Shown: piece after piece, positions 41,921 through 56,220 of the stretch | Layout: each line of letters starts with the position of its first letter | Position numbering within the stretch: the stretch's first letter is position 1 | Assembly: GCA_951406725.2 (NCBI GenBank) | Contig: OX597814.1 | Coordinates: 33,480,001-33,544,000 of the forward strand | Direction of reading: 5' to 3' | Origin: Octopus vulgaris | Lineage: Eukaryota | DNA length: 64,000 nucleotides | The notes under the pieces: model-generated | The model's database searches: none | The model's input: the letters and a program-made list of their open reading frames with translations, nothing else | What the model was told of the DNA's origin: nothing | Translations under genes and position numbers: made by a program

Positions 41921-42104
41921 ACAGTTCTATATTTAAGAGATGAGGAATTATGTACATTATTTACAATTGACGGATATTTGTCCTCATCTTATTTGTTGTT
42001 AACACACCGTTTCGGCTGATGTACCCTCCAGACTTCATCAAGTGTCTTGGGGAAATTTCGAACCTGGGTTCTCATTCCTAAGGTATTTTTCGATGTTGTT
42101 GTTG

Positions 42105-42156
<52 letters not shown>

Positions 42157-42262
42157 CTTGGGGTTAGTAGCCCGTGCTCTTAACCACTACGCCATATGCC
42201 CGTGGGCTATTATGGGGTGAATTTTAGGGCTTATATATCTAATATTCTCCATGTGGTTCCTT
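41921..42262 (-). mobile_element. Second copy of the tRNA-module plus HHR element (HHR mutated, box B deleted)
   Basis: Reverse complement aligns with 21178-21458, including about 60 bp upstream of the tRNA module, and its tail matches 20948-21056. Confidence 0.85.
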
Positions 42263-42424
42263 AAATTTTTTTACCAAATTCAATTAATGGACGGTGGCTA
42301 TTTCTAGTCATCATTTGGACTACATAACTTATTTCAACGTACGTTATTTCAATCTATACGTATCTAATGGTTCAGTTAACTTTTTTTGCACAACACCTGC
42401 TTTACACCAGTATACATACACATG

Positions 42425-42745
42425 TGCGGGTGAGCTTAGCGCTTAGGGCATTCGGCTCACGATCTTAAGGTTGTGAGTTCGATTCCCGGCGATGCATTGT
42501 GTCCTTGAGCTAGACACTTTATTTCACGTTACTCCAGCCCTCTCAGCTGGGAAAATTTAGTTACGCCTGTTATTCAAAGGAGTCAGACTTATCATATTCT
42601 CTGTCACACTGAATATCCCTTGGGATGACGTTAAGGGCACGCATGTTTGTGGCGTGCTCAGCTACATGTACGCTGATTTCATGAGCAAGCTGTCCCGTTG
42701 ATGGGATCAACTGAAACCCTTATCGTAACCGACAGAGTGCCAGTT
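42425..42745 (+). mobile_element. Degenerate family B-related SINE
   Basis: Homologous to 54787-55098. Confidence 0.7.
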
Positions 42746-43079
42746 ATGCATATATATATATGAAGGACTGTTTTAACGAAGTCGCGTCTTGTCACTACCT
42801 TCGAAACGCAGAGTAACTAAAACAGCGGACAATTGATGAAGAGAATGTTCTTTATTTTACCTATCTCGTTTCTCTCTTTCTTTCGTTGTTCGAAAAAAGT
42901 TCGTTTTCCATGCTTTTGTTTATGTTCTCGTTTCTCATTTTGTTCACGTTATTTTGACGTCCTGTACCCACATATGCATGTATATATACATATATATGTA
43001 GGCATTTACATGTATGTGTAAATATATGCATATATATATATATTATTTATATTATATTATATTATATATATATATATAT

Positions 43080-43285
43080 TCGCCATGATAGATCGCTAGC
43101 CACTACACATTCTTTATTTTCTCCCTTTATTTCCTATCCTTCTTTCTTTCTGTGTTCCTTTCTGTGGAAGAGCGTATGCTCGAAACGTTAAGACTTTTTC
43201 ACTTCCCGAGCGTTATACTAATCCATCTGTTTGTTGTCTACTCCACCTGTCTTCGTCTTTTGTTTGTTTGTTTTTTGTGAATTCT

Positions 43286-43290
<5 letters not shown>
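43080..43290 (+). mobile_element. PLE-type 3' end with variant HHR (43158-43192)
   Basis: cttt CTGTGGA a GAGC gtat GCTC GAAACGTT aag. Confidence 0.7.
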
Positions 43291-43336
<46 letters not shown>

Positions 43337-43427
43337 TGTGTCAAAGACCTATAATCCTTTAAGGGATGCTAGCATCCTAGTTCTCCTGTTTATACCAGTG
43401 TTCAGTGGAAACTAAATATGTATATAA

Positions 43428-43974
43428 AGTTGTCACTAATAGTGACTGCGCGTACAAGGTAGCACCTACATTGCTAGAAACAAGAGTCGAAGACCCTTAT
43501 AGCTACAAAAAAACACATTGTCTATGTACTGACAAGGCAGATAGCCGCTCCACAGCAAACAAGGTCACTATACTATCAAGTTAGTTTCCCTTGGAATTAA
43601 ATCTCATCAAGTGATCACTCCATCGCTGATGGTTATACTAAATCCTACCTGTCAATATATAGTATTTACCATACGTCTTAAATCTAAACACCTTCGTTAT
43701 TTTATCATTTTCACATTAACATTTTTTGCTGAACCATCCATTAATTCGTATGGTATATACTGTATACTGCCAAGTAGGATGTGTGACCACTACTGATGAG
43801 CTTTAATTCCAAGCGAAATCAGCTTACTAGTATAGTAACTTCGCACGTTATTGGGTGATTATCTCCCTTGTCAGTGTATAGACAACGTGCTTTTTGTGGC
43901 TATAAGGGTCTTTCACTCCTGTTTCTAGCAATGTAGGTGCTACTCTGCACTCTCAGACACTATTAGTAACAACT
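43428..43974. mobile_element. Diverged fold-back HHR element
   Basis: Arms about 43428-43680 / 43740-43974; acta CTGATGA GCTT..AAGC GAAA at 43789-43831; decayed mirror core on the left arm. Confidence 0.78.
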
Positions 43975-44019
43975 GAAGTTTTCCCTTTTGTTTTTATATT
44001 GCGACTAGCCACTTCAGTT

Positions 44020-44084
<65 letters not shown>

Positions 44085-44321
44085 GGCGGGTGTACTTCAT
44101 TTGTAAATTAATAATGCTACTATGATTTCATGTGCGAAGACATTCCTCAATTTTCAAGCGATACACTTAAAAATGTTGGTCATCACCAGCCAAATGGAGG
44201 CGGTTACAAATATCTTTAAGTGGAATACTTGAAAAATTGTGGAAATTCTTTCCACGTGTAAGCATTGCTACCAGCTTTGTTATTCCACAGCTCTCAATTT
44301 CTCTGGTAGACACCATTCTAT

Positions 44322-44411
<90 letters not shown>

Positions 44412-44723
44412 GGGACGTATGTGCATATAGTTCAATTATGAGTAGTAGTATCTATCAACGGGACATCATTCAGATTGAATTCTGGGAATATTATGAGATG
44501 AATAGATTATGTAATATTCATGCATTTTTGATAGCATTTAGTCATTAAGCAGCAAAAATGAAACCGAGGAAACTTAGGCATAGATATGGAAGTGTGATTC
44601 AGAAATTTGCCTCGTAACCTAATAGTTCGAGATACGCTACCGTTGTTCGGTACATTCTTTACTAAATTCCATTTGACCAACAGATCGCGATTTAATTTAG
44701 TTTGATGCAATATTTGACATCAC

Positions 44724-44786
<63 letters not shown>

Positions 44787-44924
44787 ACCCGTGCTAGCAT
44801 GGAAAACGGACGCTAAACGATGATTATGAAGATGATGATATCAAATATAAATTAAAAACAGAACACAAAGGATATACATGTGCTTACACTTATCAAGTAT
44901 TCACTTTAAATTTACAGTACCTAC

Positions 44925-45395
<471 letters not shown>

Positions 45396-45700
45396 ATGTG
45401 GCTCTCCTGCAAGGGACGATGTTACTGCTGTTTTAGCCCCAAGAAACATCGTTTCAAGCTGGCTATATGACACAATATCTCTGTCGTTAAATTTTCGAAG
45501 AGGGAGTTCACCACTCCCACCTAGCGCAAAACAACATCCATACATACATATATACATATTCATATACATATGCATACATATACATATATATTCGTGATGC
45601 TAATTATTTTCATAAAGTATACTTCACGCTCTTCCTGTTGGCATCAATCAGATAGAGAGAGTAAACACGTATACAAAGGGGATATGTATGTGGGTATATA

Positions 45701-45760
<60 letters not shown>

Positions 45761-45999
45761 CACATATATATGTACGTAATTATGTATGCATATATATATA
45801 TTTAATCTACGTTTATAATACATGTGTGTATGTATGTATTTGTACATATATATTCGTGATGTTAATTATTTTCATAAAATGTACTTCATGCTCTTCCTAT
45901 TATTTTGCATGGCGTATGGCAAAATAGAGAAAACTCCCACACAGACACTCATGCGTATATATAATATTTGCATGTATATGCATATATAGAGCGTTGTGA

Positions 46000-46077
<78 letters not shown>

Positions 46078-46090
46078 GGATGGATAGATG

Positions 46091-46153
<63 letters not shown>

Positions 46154-46158
46154 GGATG

Positions 46159-46241
<83 letters not shown>

Positions 46242-47434
46242 GCACACAAGCACACAAACACGCGCACACGCACGCACACACTCAAACACAGAAAAATACC
46301 TTTTTTTATCTTTCCAGCAAATGGTTTGTGTTATTTATCCAAATCAATGTAACAATAATTCGATTGAGAGAGAATATCCTTAGGCGAAGCTGGTGGAAAG
46401 TCAATTTGTTGTTACTGTTGTTGTTGTCTCCCTTTATTGCTCTTGTTGCTGTGATTGCTGCTGTGACTACTGCTGCTGTCATTTATGATTGCTTCTTAGA
46501 TTTTTATTCCTTTATTCTGATATATTCTAATAATATTAGTTTATTTTTATTTTTTGCTTTTTTTTTTTGTTTTTTGACATTGTTCTTGTTGCTAATATTA
46601 AAATAAATACATATCATTTATATAAAAATAATTTCAAATAATAACACCGTTAATGATGATTTTAGACAATAACGAGCAAAAAAAAAATCAACAACAAAAA
46701 TATTTGTGATTACAACATACAACAACAACAAAATAATCTAAGATACAAACTTATATCTATAGAATTTCAGCTGGAAGGCATCGTGAGATTTTTGGCATCA
46801 GCAATTCATACTCAAGAATAAGGGGTAAAAACAAAAATTAAATCTTGCCTTTGTATTTTTCAGATGTTTGTACGATTTGAGTAGATCTTTGATCATGAAA
46901 TATAATTTAAATAGAAAAAATAATAAATGAAGCAGATAAAAATAAATATGTAAAGAAACAGAAAATATATATAATAAAACATCATTAAAATGATATTCCT
47001 AAGGCAATTTTGAATGCATTGTGAGGGAAAACACCTGTTTCATGATACGAAACAATAGTTTTAAAATGGACCTGGAAATACTAATAAGAACGACTATTAC
47101 ACATAATAAAATATCCTTATTAGTAATTCTGCTGCAATTAAACTCCATAATTCAAATAATTTTCTTGATCTGCAACATAAATTATTAGGGAGTTGTCTTT
47201 GATTTAACCAGTGCAGAAACGAATAATAGCTTTACCATTGAGTGCAGTTACGAAGCTCAAACAGAATGCGTATAAAGAAGCACGCATATGAGCAGTAACA
47301 ATATCTTTAACGTCTTCTAATAAAAATAAATCCGGAATATTTCCATAAGAAGTATGCGCACTATGCCCGAGTGATTAAGATTTTCGCTTCGCATACACGG
47401 TGTCTTGGTTTCGATTTCACTGCATGGCATCATG

Positions 47435-47716
47435 GAGTTTATATGTGTATGTGTAATCTGTAATTCTAGCGGCACCTATAATGGTCTCGAAATTATGTTG
47501 GCATATGTACAACAAATAAGTACAGAGCAATGTAGACTAATGAATTCCAATCGTCTCTGCTGTAACATCATAAGAAATTAATATCTTACAAGCGAGCAAA
47601 AGAGAGAACCTCTACATTACCTCTCAGCTACGTTAGAAATAACCGCCTAATCTCCCTCAAACCACACACACTGCCGTCTAGTATGCATTTAAACAAATTT
47701 CCGTTTAATCAGAGAC
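47435..47716 (+). repeat. Direct duplication, copy 1 (copy 2 at 49900-50140)
   Basis: Near-identical; copy 2 lacks an internal segment of about 43 bp. Confidence 0.9.
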
Positions 47717-48039
47717 TGTAGATTCGTATTGATCCATAGCTTAGAAGTCGACTTGGTTAGTCGGAAATATATAGCAGCCAAACAGATAAATTTGTACCCG
47801 TCATTTGACGGACCATTTATGTCACACAATATCACGCTGATTTCACCTGACAATGACATTAAAGTCACAAGTGTCGTTGGAATACGCAGCCAGTTACACG
47901 CTAATAGAATAGGAATGGTAGTTTAATCAATCGAACAATCGATTACTCATAGTTGGGAATTTTCACCGAGATCCAATATTATTCCCTTAAGAAACAGCAC
48001 AAAACACTCGTTAACGAATTAAGAGATAAGTAGTCGCTC

Positions 48040-48780
48040 TCAACTTCCATCACGACTTCAAGACGGTTCCAGAACTTTGCAAATCCGTTCCTCATAGTGT
48101 CCCTGGAAGATTTTCAAGCGCCTCCATTATCTTGATCCCCAGCTTGGCCTTGGTACAAAGGTTGATGGCTTTCTCAACCACACTCCACACATAGTAATCT
48201 ATGGGATTAGAATCGAAGGAATAAGGAGGCTAGAAATTGAGGGCTGTTGAAATCATAGAAATTCTTCAACAACCAGCTCTGACTCTTTCCAGAAGTATGA
48301 AAAGGATCTGAATCATAGTGCCACACATGGCCTTCCAGCAACAACTTTCTCTAGCCAAGGTTTGACCACAATCTTCAGCAGCTTCACATAGCCGTCAGAA
48401 TTGAACCTAAAGTTCTGTTCAAAGACGTGGGGCGGCATGACGTTACCCTCACTGGAGATAGACCAACACACCATCATCTTCATGCTGGTCACGGCTTCGT
48501 AGTCTCCTTTGCAGCTGCCCGTGTCACATCTTACACTCTTTACTGTGTTCACAGAGCGTTGAGCAGCAGTCATGGTGTCGGCATTTTGATACATCATGCT
48601 ACAGGTAACTTTTTTCAAGCATTTAGATGACTTCCGGTCCTCCATGTTAGCTAACTTTTTCTGAACTGCAACTGTAATCTTTATGCTCTGCAACGCTGTT
48701 GACTATTCACCATTGCATTAAGCTGTTCCTGAAGAAAGGAGACATAAATAATCGTCAAATTTAGCTCGAACGCCCAGCAA
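48040..48780 (-). mobile_element. Decayed Tc1/mariner-superfamily transposase (maT/DD37D-like)
   Basis: SSEGNVMPPHVFEQ...VKPWLEKV; PP-S-DSNPIDYYVWS motif. Confidence 0.75.
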
Positions 48781-49171
48781 TTTTTAACTTTTGCTTACAC
48801 GGCCTGTCTACACCTCCATACATAAGTGTGCCATACATAACTGCACGTGCAAATACATGCAAATACATACGCTAATAGTATTACAGACATAATATCCCAT
48901 CTTCTATAAACTCAGCTTCATAAATTCTCATCCCCGCATCAATCACAAAAGATGAGATTAAAAGCAAAGCTTACCAAATAACCATTCTTCCTACTTACGA
49001 CCTACACTAAGAACCTTAATCACAATCAAATATCACACACAGCAATATAAACGTAGAACAATTCGAAGGAATAAGTCGCTTTGCGACTACGGGGCTTTGG
49101 GTTCAATCCCCCACTTTGCGGCACCTTGGTCAGATGTCTTCTAAAATAGCTTCGGACCGACCTGTACCTGT

Positions 49172-49378
49172 TTCTTTACTACCCACAAGGGGCTAAACAC
49201 AGAGGGGACAAACAAGGACAGACACACGGATTATATCGTAACTAGTACTTAATTTATCGACCCCGAAAGAATGAAAGGCAAACTCGACCTTGGCGGAATT
49301 TGAACTCAGAACGTAACTGTAGACGAAATGCGGCTACGCATTTCGCCCGGTGTGCTAACAGTTCTGCCAGCTCGCCAA
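49172..49378 (-). mobile_element. SINE family C nested in a decayed family A SINE
   Basis: Reverse complement matches 50642-50872; family A pieces at 49070-49165 and 49410-49630. Confidence 0.78.
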
Positions 49379-50641
49379 CCAGTACCTTGAGAATGAATTT
49401 AGTCAGCAAAAGCTTTGTGTGTGCACGCGCGTCTGTGTGTGCGAGCGTGTGTGTGTGTGTGTCACCACCATCATCCCCACCGTTTGATATACAGTATTGT
49501 TTTGTTTACGACCTCGTGACTTAGCGGTTAGGAAAAAAATACTGACAAAATATCAGACTCTAAAATTAGTAATGGCATCGATTTCTTCGATTAAAACCCT
49601 TCAAGGCGGTGCCCCAGTATGGCTGAAAAAGCTAAAGAATAACATAAACCAACTGTGTATTACACTTAATACACAGTTCTATAACATTCATATTATAGAA
49701 ATGTGTATAGAAATACACTTCTATAACATTCATGTCGTATATAAAACAAATATACAATGAAACAATATAAAATGAAACAAACTCGTAGACTGCATTTGGC
49801 AAACGGAAAAATTAAAACACTCCACTACAATGAAAACATATCATCCATCATGGATTCCTAATAGCGTGTGTATGTATGTGTGTGTATGTGTATGTAAGAG
49901 AGTTTATATGTGTATGTGTAATCTGTAATTCTAGCGGCACCTATAATGGTCTCGTAGACTAATGAATTCCAATCGTCTCTGCTGTAACATCATAAGAAAT
50001 TAATATCTTACAAGCGAGCAAAAGAGAGAACCTCTACATCACCTCTCAGCTACGTTAGAAATAACCGCCTAATCTCCCTCAAACCACACACACACTGCCG
50101 TCTAGTATGCATTTAAACAAATTTCCGTTTAATCAGAGACGATTTGAAGTTAAATTACGTCTACGCCAACAATAGCATGCAAAGCAGTGATCTGGATTCG
50201 ACAATGTAAAATAAACCCACATTTTGCTCCAAACATAACCATAGAAATGGGTTTATAGATTGCCCTTATCATTTGACCAAATACATGAGCGCTGCAGGTT
50301 TGCTTAATCAGGATTGATATGAGGGTTAAACAACAAGAGTTTGCTTTTTTGAATGAAAGCCCAAATTTTATGTTGCTTAAATTATGTAACTTCATCAATG
50401 GCACTAACATGAACCTAAAGGATTCCCTTTTTTTTTCAATTAAATACAATCTGAGAATTGGATATAATTTGTAATAGGAATACTTAGCAATCAGATCGCT
50501 ATATCCGATGTCACGATTGGCTAGAATATTTCCTACGTCATAAGAAAATTCTGACCAATCAAGACTTAGCGTGGAATTGGCTCCAGCAACAATTTCATCT
50601 TTGGCGCACTTCTTTCTGAGCCAAACTACCACTATATATTC

Positions 50642-50872
50642 AGGCGGCGAGCTGGCAGAAACGTTAGCACGGCGGGCGAAATGCTCAACAGTATTTCGTC
50701 TGTCGCTACATTCTGAGTTCAAATTCCGCCGAGGTCGACTTTGCCTTTCATCCTTTCGATATCGATAAAAAAAAGTACCAGTTTCGCACTGGGATCGATG
50801 TAATCGACTTAATCCCTTCGTCTGTCCTTGTTTGTCCCCTCTATGTTTAGCCCCTTGTGGGCAGTAAAGAAA
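50642..50872 (+). mobile_element. SINE family C, full length
   Basis: Boxes A and B; gaggtcgactttgcctttcatcctttcg; tail gccccttgtgggcagtaaagaaat. Confidence 0.88.
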
Positions 50873-51067
50873 TATATATATTCAGTGCATCTAACCCACT
50901 AACAACAGGTGGCGGACGGCAGCAAACTCAAGTGCTTGGATCAACACAGAAGCAATGCACAGACGGTGAACGAGAAACATTAGAAGAGAGTAGCACAACC
51001 AGCAGCTAACCACAATGGACGAACGGCAACAGTAACACAAGGACCAGCTAACATTTAGACAGCTTCT

Positions 51068-51443
51068 GCAATAGCCCAGTGGTTAGGGCAGCGGACTCGC
51101 GGTCGTAGGATCGCGGTTTCGATTCCCAGACCGGGCGTTGTGAGTGTTTATTGAGCGAAAACACCTAAAGCTCCACGAGGCTCCGGCAGGGATGGTGGTG
51201 ATCCCTGCTGTACTCTTTCACCACAACTTTCTCTCACTCTTACTTCCTGTTTCTGTTGTACCTGTATTTCAAAGGGCCGGCCTTGTCACTCTCTGTGTCA
51301 CGCTGAATATCCCCGAGAACTACGTTAGGGGTACACGTGTCTGTGGAGCGCTCAGCCACTTGCACGTTAATTTCACGACCAGGCTGTTCCGTTGATTCGG
51401 ATCAACCGGAACCCTCGTCGTCGTAACCGACGGAGTGCTTCCA
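51068..51443 (+). mobile_element. SINE family B, full length
   Basis: Matches 40260-40641 in opposite orientation. Confidence 0.92.
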
Positions 51444-52328
51444 GAATCACACCAATCCAAGAGCAATAGTTTTCAACTTCTCTTGATGTTTTGTCGGTTG
51501 TGGTAACGATAACTTCTTTATTTACGAAAAGAATAAATATTACGTTTATCAAAAATCTCAAACAGATATCAGTATTCTTCTTCGTAACATGTGCATTGTA
51601 TAAACCTTTAGAGATTGATATTATACGACAGTAAATCTCAAGATGGTCATGAAACTCCAGTCAAGATTCCATATCATTTATACTGAAATGCTTAACGGAA
51701 ACTGTCTTAAAATGCATTGCAGCAAAATTTTGCAATTTTTTTATCACTATTTGAAAGAAGATCCGTCTAGTTAGGCTACTTTTACGAATATAGATGATAT
51801 GGAAATAATACCTTAAAGGCTTTCATGAGTAATGAAACTGGGAGTATTAATTTGTTTGCTTGTTCCTCTAGAAATAGCAGTCAAAGCACCCGCAGATCGC
51901 TACTTACAGTTTAAATAATCAAAATATATTAGGCAATGGTTTCAATTTTTGGCACAAAGCCAGCAAATTTATTGCGAGTGGTAATTCTTTTACATCGGCT
52001 CCCTGATACTTACTTTATCGACCCCGAAAGATAGAAAGGCAAAGTCGCCATCGGCGGGATTGAAAATGAGCTTAAAGAGAGGAAGGAAATTCTGTTAAGC
52101 TTTTGTCCGATGTGCTAACGATTCTACCAGATCGCTACCCAAAAAAGACATTAGTTAATGCATTCCAACACATATATATACACAGACATGCAAGAAGTAA
52201 ATAAACACCTTTAATTGTCAAAATTTCTGATCTAAACGTTTTAATATTTTCAGTGGTGTAGAATTTACAATGTAATTATTCTTTTTCATTCCAGGTGCCA
52301 TTATATTAAACATTTGCGAAGAGTAACT

Positions 52329-53348
52329 ATGCCACGCACAAAAAATTCAGCAGAACTGTCAGATTTTCAAAGAGGTCATATTGTTGGGCAATCTGAGGCT
52401 GGTCTTAGCTAGCGAAAAATTGCCGAAAATTTTCGAATTCATCTTGCTACTGTTAATAGAATTATAGCGCAATTAAAAAGCCAAGGAAAAGAATCAATAG
52501 ATTCTCGTCCCAGCCGACCTGGGCTCTCGGAAAAAAGGTTTCACTGTTTGAAGAGAATTGAGGAAAACGAACCCAGTTCGAAGGCTCCTGACATTACAAA
52601 ACAGCTAGAAGTTAGTCCAAGAACGTGTGTTACATATCTGCAAAAGCTTGGGTATTATGGACGAGCAGCTAGAAGAAAACCTCTCCTTCAACCAATCAAT
52701 ATCATGAAAAGAAAGAAATGGGCTAAAGAGATGTCAGAAAATCCAGTTTATTTTGGGATAGAGTGATTTTCTCATGAATCCAGATTTGCATTATTTTCAG
52801 ACAGTGGGCGTGTTTGGGTCTGGAGGCTTCCTAATCAAGAATTTGATTCGAAAGGACTCCAACCAATCGTGAAACATGGTGGTATCTCTGTAATGGTATG
52901 GGGAGCTGTCACCAGCAATGGTCGTTCTGGGCTGATCGAATGTGTTGGAACCATAAATTCTCAAAAATACATCGAAATACTTAAGCAAGGGCTACTTCCG
53001 ATGTATTCACACGATAACATAACGAAAAATGAGTTTTTATTCATGGAAGATGGGGCTCCATGCCACACAGTGAAAAGGAATCAACAATGGCTGACAAAAA
53101 ACGGGATCAAAAAGCTTCCTTGGCCGAGCCAATCTCCTGACATGAACCCAACTGAAAATCCTTGGAGCATACTAGATAGAGCTATACGAAAAACTCGACA
53201 GAAACTTAAATCTAAAGATGAATTGTTTCGATTGTTGCGTGAAAAGTAGGCAGAAATTCCATAAGAGACAATCACAAAGCTCATCATTTCAATGCCAAAA
53301 AGAGTTTCTGAATTAAAAACTGCGCAGGGAGTGTCAACTAAATACTAA
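52329..53348 (+). pseudogene. Tc1 (DD34E) transposase pseudogene
   Basis: MPRTKNSAELSDFQRGHIVG...AARRKPLL...VKHGGISVMVWG...FMEDGAPCH...WPSQSPDMNPTENPW...STKY*; stops and frameshifts; no TIR pair found. Confidence 0.92.
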
Positions 53349-53439
53349 AGTATGTAATCATACCTATCGATTACATTTCAATTGTTCGCTTTGCTTATAC
53401 TTCCTGTATATCTCTGTATGTATGCGTGTGTGTGTGTGT

Positions 53440-53530
<91 letters not shown>

Positions 53531-53574
53531 GTCCTTTTGGGAATATGAAATTACTAGGAGCGGATTCCCAGTCC

Positions 53575-53660
53575 ATTCGCTCCCGCCCCTTTTAGTCGCC
53601 TCTTACGCCACACTGGGAATACGGCGACTGCATCCTACCGGTCTCCTCCCCAGTCACAGT
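53575..53660 (+). mobile_element. Short LINE-type 3' tail inside (TG)n
   Basis: tttagtcgcctcttacg motif resembles I/Nimb-type LINE 3' ends. Confidence 0.35.
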
Positions 53661-54075
53661 ATGTGTGTGTGTGTTTGTGTGTGTGTGTATGTATGTGTGT
53701 TTATATGTATGTATATATGTATGCAAACTTCCGCAGTAGACATACAAACGTCAAATTTACTTATTTCTTTGTAGACTGCGAAAAAATGACGAGTACCCTT
53801 AATCGATTTTCGATCATTATTATCAGAGGTATCAATATAACTTGACTAATGTTAGAGAAACGAATAACAAGTTTGTAAATGCACATTAAATCCAGCAACT
53901 TTAAAGAAGTGAAGCTACTAATTTACACACCACTAATGCTTAACATTTTATTTAATATCAACGATTTCCTTTTATAATTTGTTCACGTAACACTATTCCG
54001 CAATATTGTTGTTTCTTGTATTAAGATATCATATAATATATACGCATCATTTAGGTGCTCCATCATTACCTAGGC

Positions 54076-54752
54076 CATATGAAAAATGACATTACTTAAA
54101 TGGCATCCATTTTCGGCTTCGCACGTCCGTGCTCTTTCAAAAACTTGCACCATAACACCCTCAAAAGTTTCAGACACCACTTCTCTGATTTCTCTGTTGA
54201 GGCTCTCCTTCAGTTGCACCAGGGTTCGGTTTGTTGACGTAATCCCTCTCTTTGAGGTATCCCCACAATTAAAATGCGGGCTAGTCAACTGCTTATACCG
54301 CAAGAATAACAATGCAGTTGCTACGGCTGTGCTTTGGAGACACAGTAATCTCCTGCTACGGCAATGGTAACTGACCTTAACGTTCCCGAGACTTGACAAG
54401 CCCGTATTTTTTTCTTGTGGGGATACCTGAAAGAGAGGGCTACGTCAACAAACCGGAGACCCTGGTGCAACTGAAGGAGAACATCAACAAAGAAATCAGA
54501 GAAGTAGGGTCTGAAACTCTTGAGGGTATTATTGTGCAAGTTTTGGAAAGAGCACGGACGTACGAAGTTGAAAATGGCTGCCATTTAAGCGATGTCGTTT
54601 TTCATATGTGATGTAGTGCTGTTGCAGAATTTGACTTGTGCATATTAATTTCTATTATGTCCATTATATTGTATCAAAATTTCATGCATTTATTTGTATA
54701 GTTAAGGAAGTTATTAAAAATTGAAACCCGTCAGTGACTTTTGGAACACACT
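54076..54752 (+). mobile_element. 3' part of a mariner-superfamily transposon with an inverted duplication
   Basis: PDLT-P-FFLWGYLKE..YVNKPETLVQLKENI..ENGCHL; arms 54076-54288 / 54393-54608; TIR-like end about 54722-54752. Confidence 0.8.
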
Positions 54753-54786
54753 AATTATGTATATATTTGCATACATATATGTATAT

Positions 54787-55098
54787 GAGGACGCGTGGCA
54801 GGGCATTCAGCTCACGATCGTAAAGTCGTCAGTTCGATTCCCGGCGACGCGTTGTGTCCTTGAGCATGACACTTTATTTCATGTTGCTCCAGTCCACTCA
54901 GCTGGCAAAAATGAGTAGTACCTGTATTTCAAAGGGCCAGCCTTGTCACACTCTGTGTCACGCTGAATCTCCCTGAAAACTACGTTAAGGGTACACGTGT
55001 CTGTGGAGTGCTCAGCCACTTACTCATTGATTTCACGAGCAAGCTGTTCCATTGATCGTATCAGCTGGGATCCTCGTCGTCGTAATCGACGGAGTGCT
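54787..55098 (+). mobile_element. Family B-related SINE (short variant)
   Basis: gttcgattccc box B; gtgtccttgagc; tail shared with family B. Confidence 0.8.
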
Positions 55099-55101
55099 CT
55101 T

Positions 55102-55145
<44 letters not shown>

Positions 55146-55774
55146 GTGTGTGGTGTGCAGGTATGAGCATGTATCAAAACAGGAGACTTGAAAAACTTTT
55201 TGTATCATTTATTCACCATTACACGCGTTTCATTTGCTATTTACCTTGGAAAGATTTACATTTGGATGAAGTGTTTAGATTTAAATAGTAGTCAGGCGTC
55301 CTGTAGATAGTTGGCGGGGAAAATAAAAAACAAATATAGTAAAATTACTTTACGTGAAGATAATGTGCGTATGAGGAGGTGGGAGCGGCAGTGAAGGTAA
55401 ACAGAATACGAAGGATGTGATAAAAGTGAAGGCAAGTATATGAATATTAAATGCCTTTACAAGGAAGGAAGGTAGAGATAAAAGAAGTGAAATGGAGAGA
55501 AAAGATGGGAGTTCGGGAAAATAAGAGATCGGAGAAAAAAATAATTGCTGTACGAAACATTGGAAACGTGAAAGAGGCAAAACAACAACTGTGAGTCCTT
55601 TGAGAGAAGAAACGTTATTAAAAAGTACACACACCTAGTGGAAAATCCGGGGACGTTGGTGAGAAACTATTAAATGAAATTTAGTAAACTGAAGCACATG
55701 GAAAGGTAAAACGAATGTGAAAGAAGAGTGTGCATGTGAGTGAATGAGAAGCTTTTATATGCAGAAGTGAAAAT

Positions 55775-56220
55775 TTTCAGCTACTGAGAAAGGCTGTAAA
55801 AGTTAAGCCGCTACTCCCAAGAATGAAGGTGGGAATGGTATGCAGTGATATACATCTGGAAGATCCTTGAAGGACTTCTACCATACTTTGGTATTGAATA
55901 GTACGCCGCTGAATAGTACCAAGGATCCCAACATCACCATGAAAATACAAGACTAGATATAGTATTAGCTTGGGTTTCAATGGGCCCACAGCACTTCGAA
56001 ATGCCCAGGAGACCTGCATGATGTGAACGTAAGTGTCTTTAAAAAAACTGGATGAGCCTAACTCAAAGAAGGAAATACAGCTGAGGGCAGCAGCATCAAA
56101 CTCTCTCAGTCACCAAATGCCACATATCAGAGATGATTTCAAATAATGAAGGTGTAGCAAAGCCAAAGGTGGTGCCCCAGCATAGCCATAGCTTTCGGGA
56201 TGAAACTAGTTAGAGTCAGA
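55775..56220 (+). mobile_element. CR1/L2-group LINE 3' fragment
   Basis: YAVIYIWKILEGLLPYFGIE, SLGFNGPQ and RAAASNSL fragments; 3' end ggtggtgccccagcatagcc. Confidence 0.75.

Noticed and set aside
46771-47330. Possible exons (acceptors at 46770 and 46863, AATAAA near 47320)
   Set aside because: Only very short reading frames with no recognisable protein; such motifs are common in AT-rich DNA
50150-50722. 190-aa minus-strand ORF
   Set aside because: Starts within a SINE; no recognisable motifs
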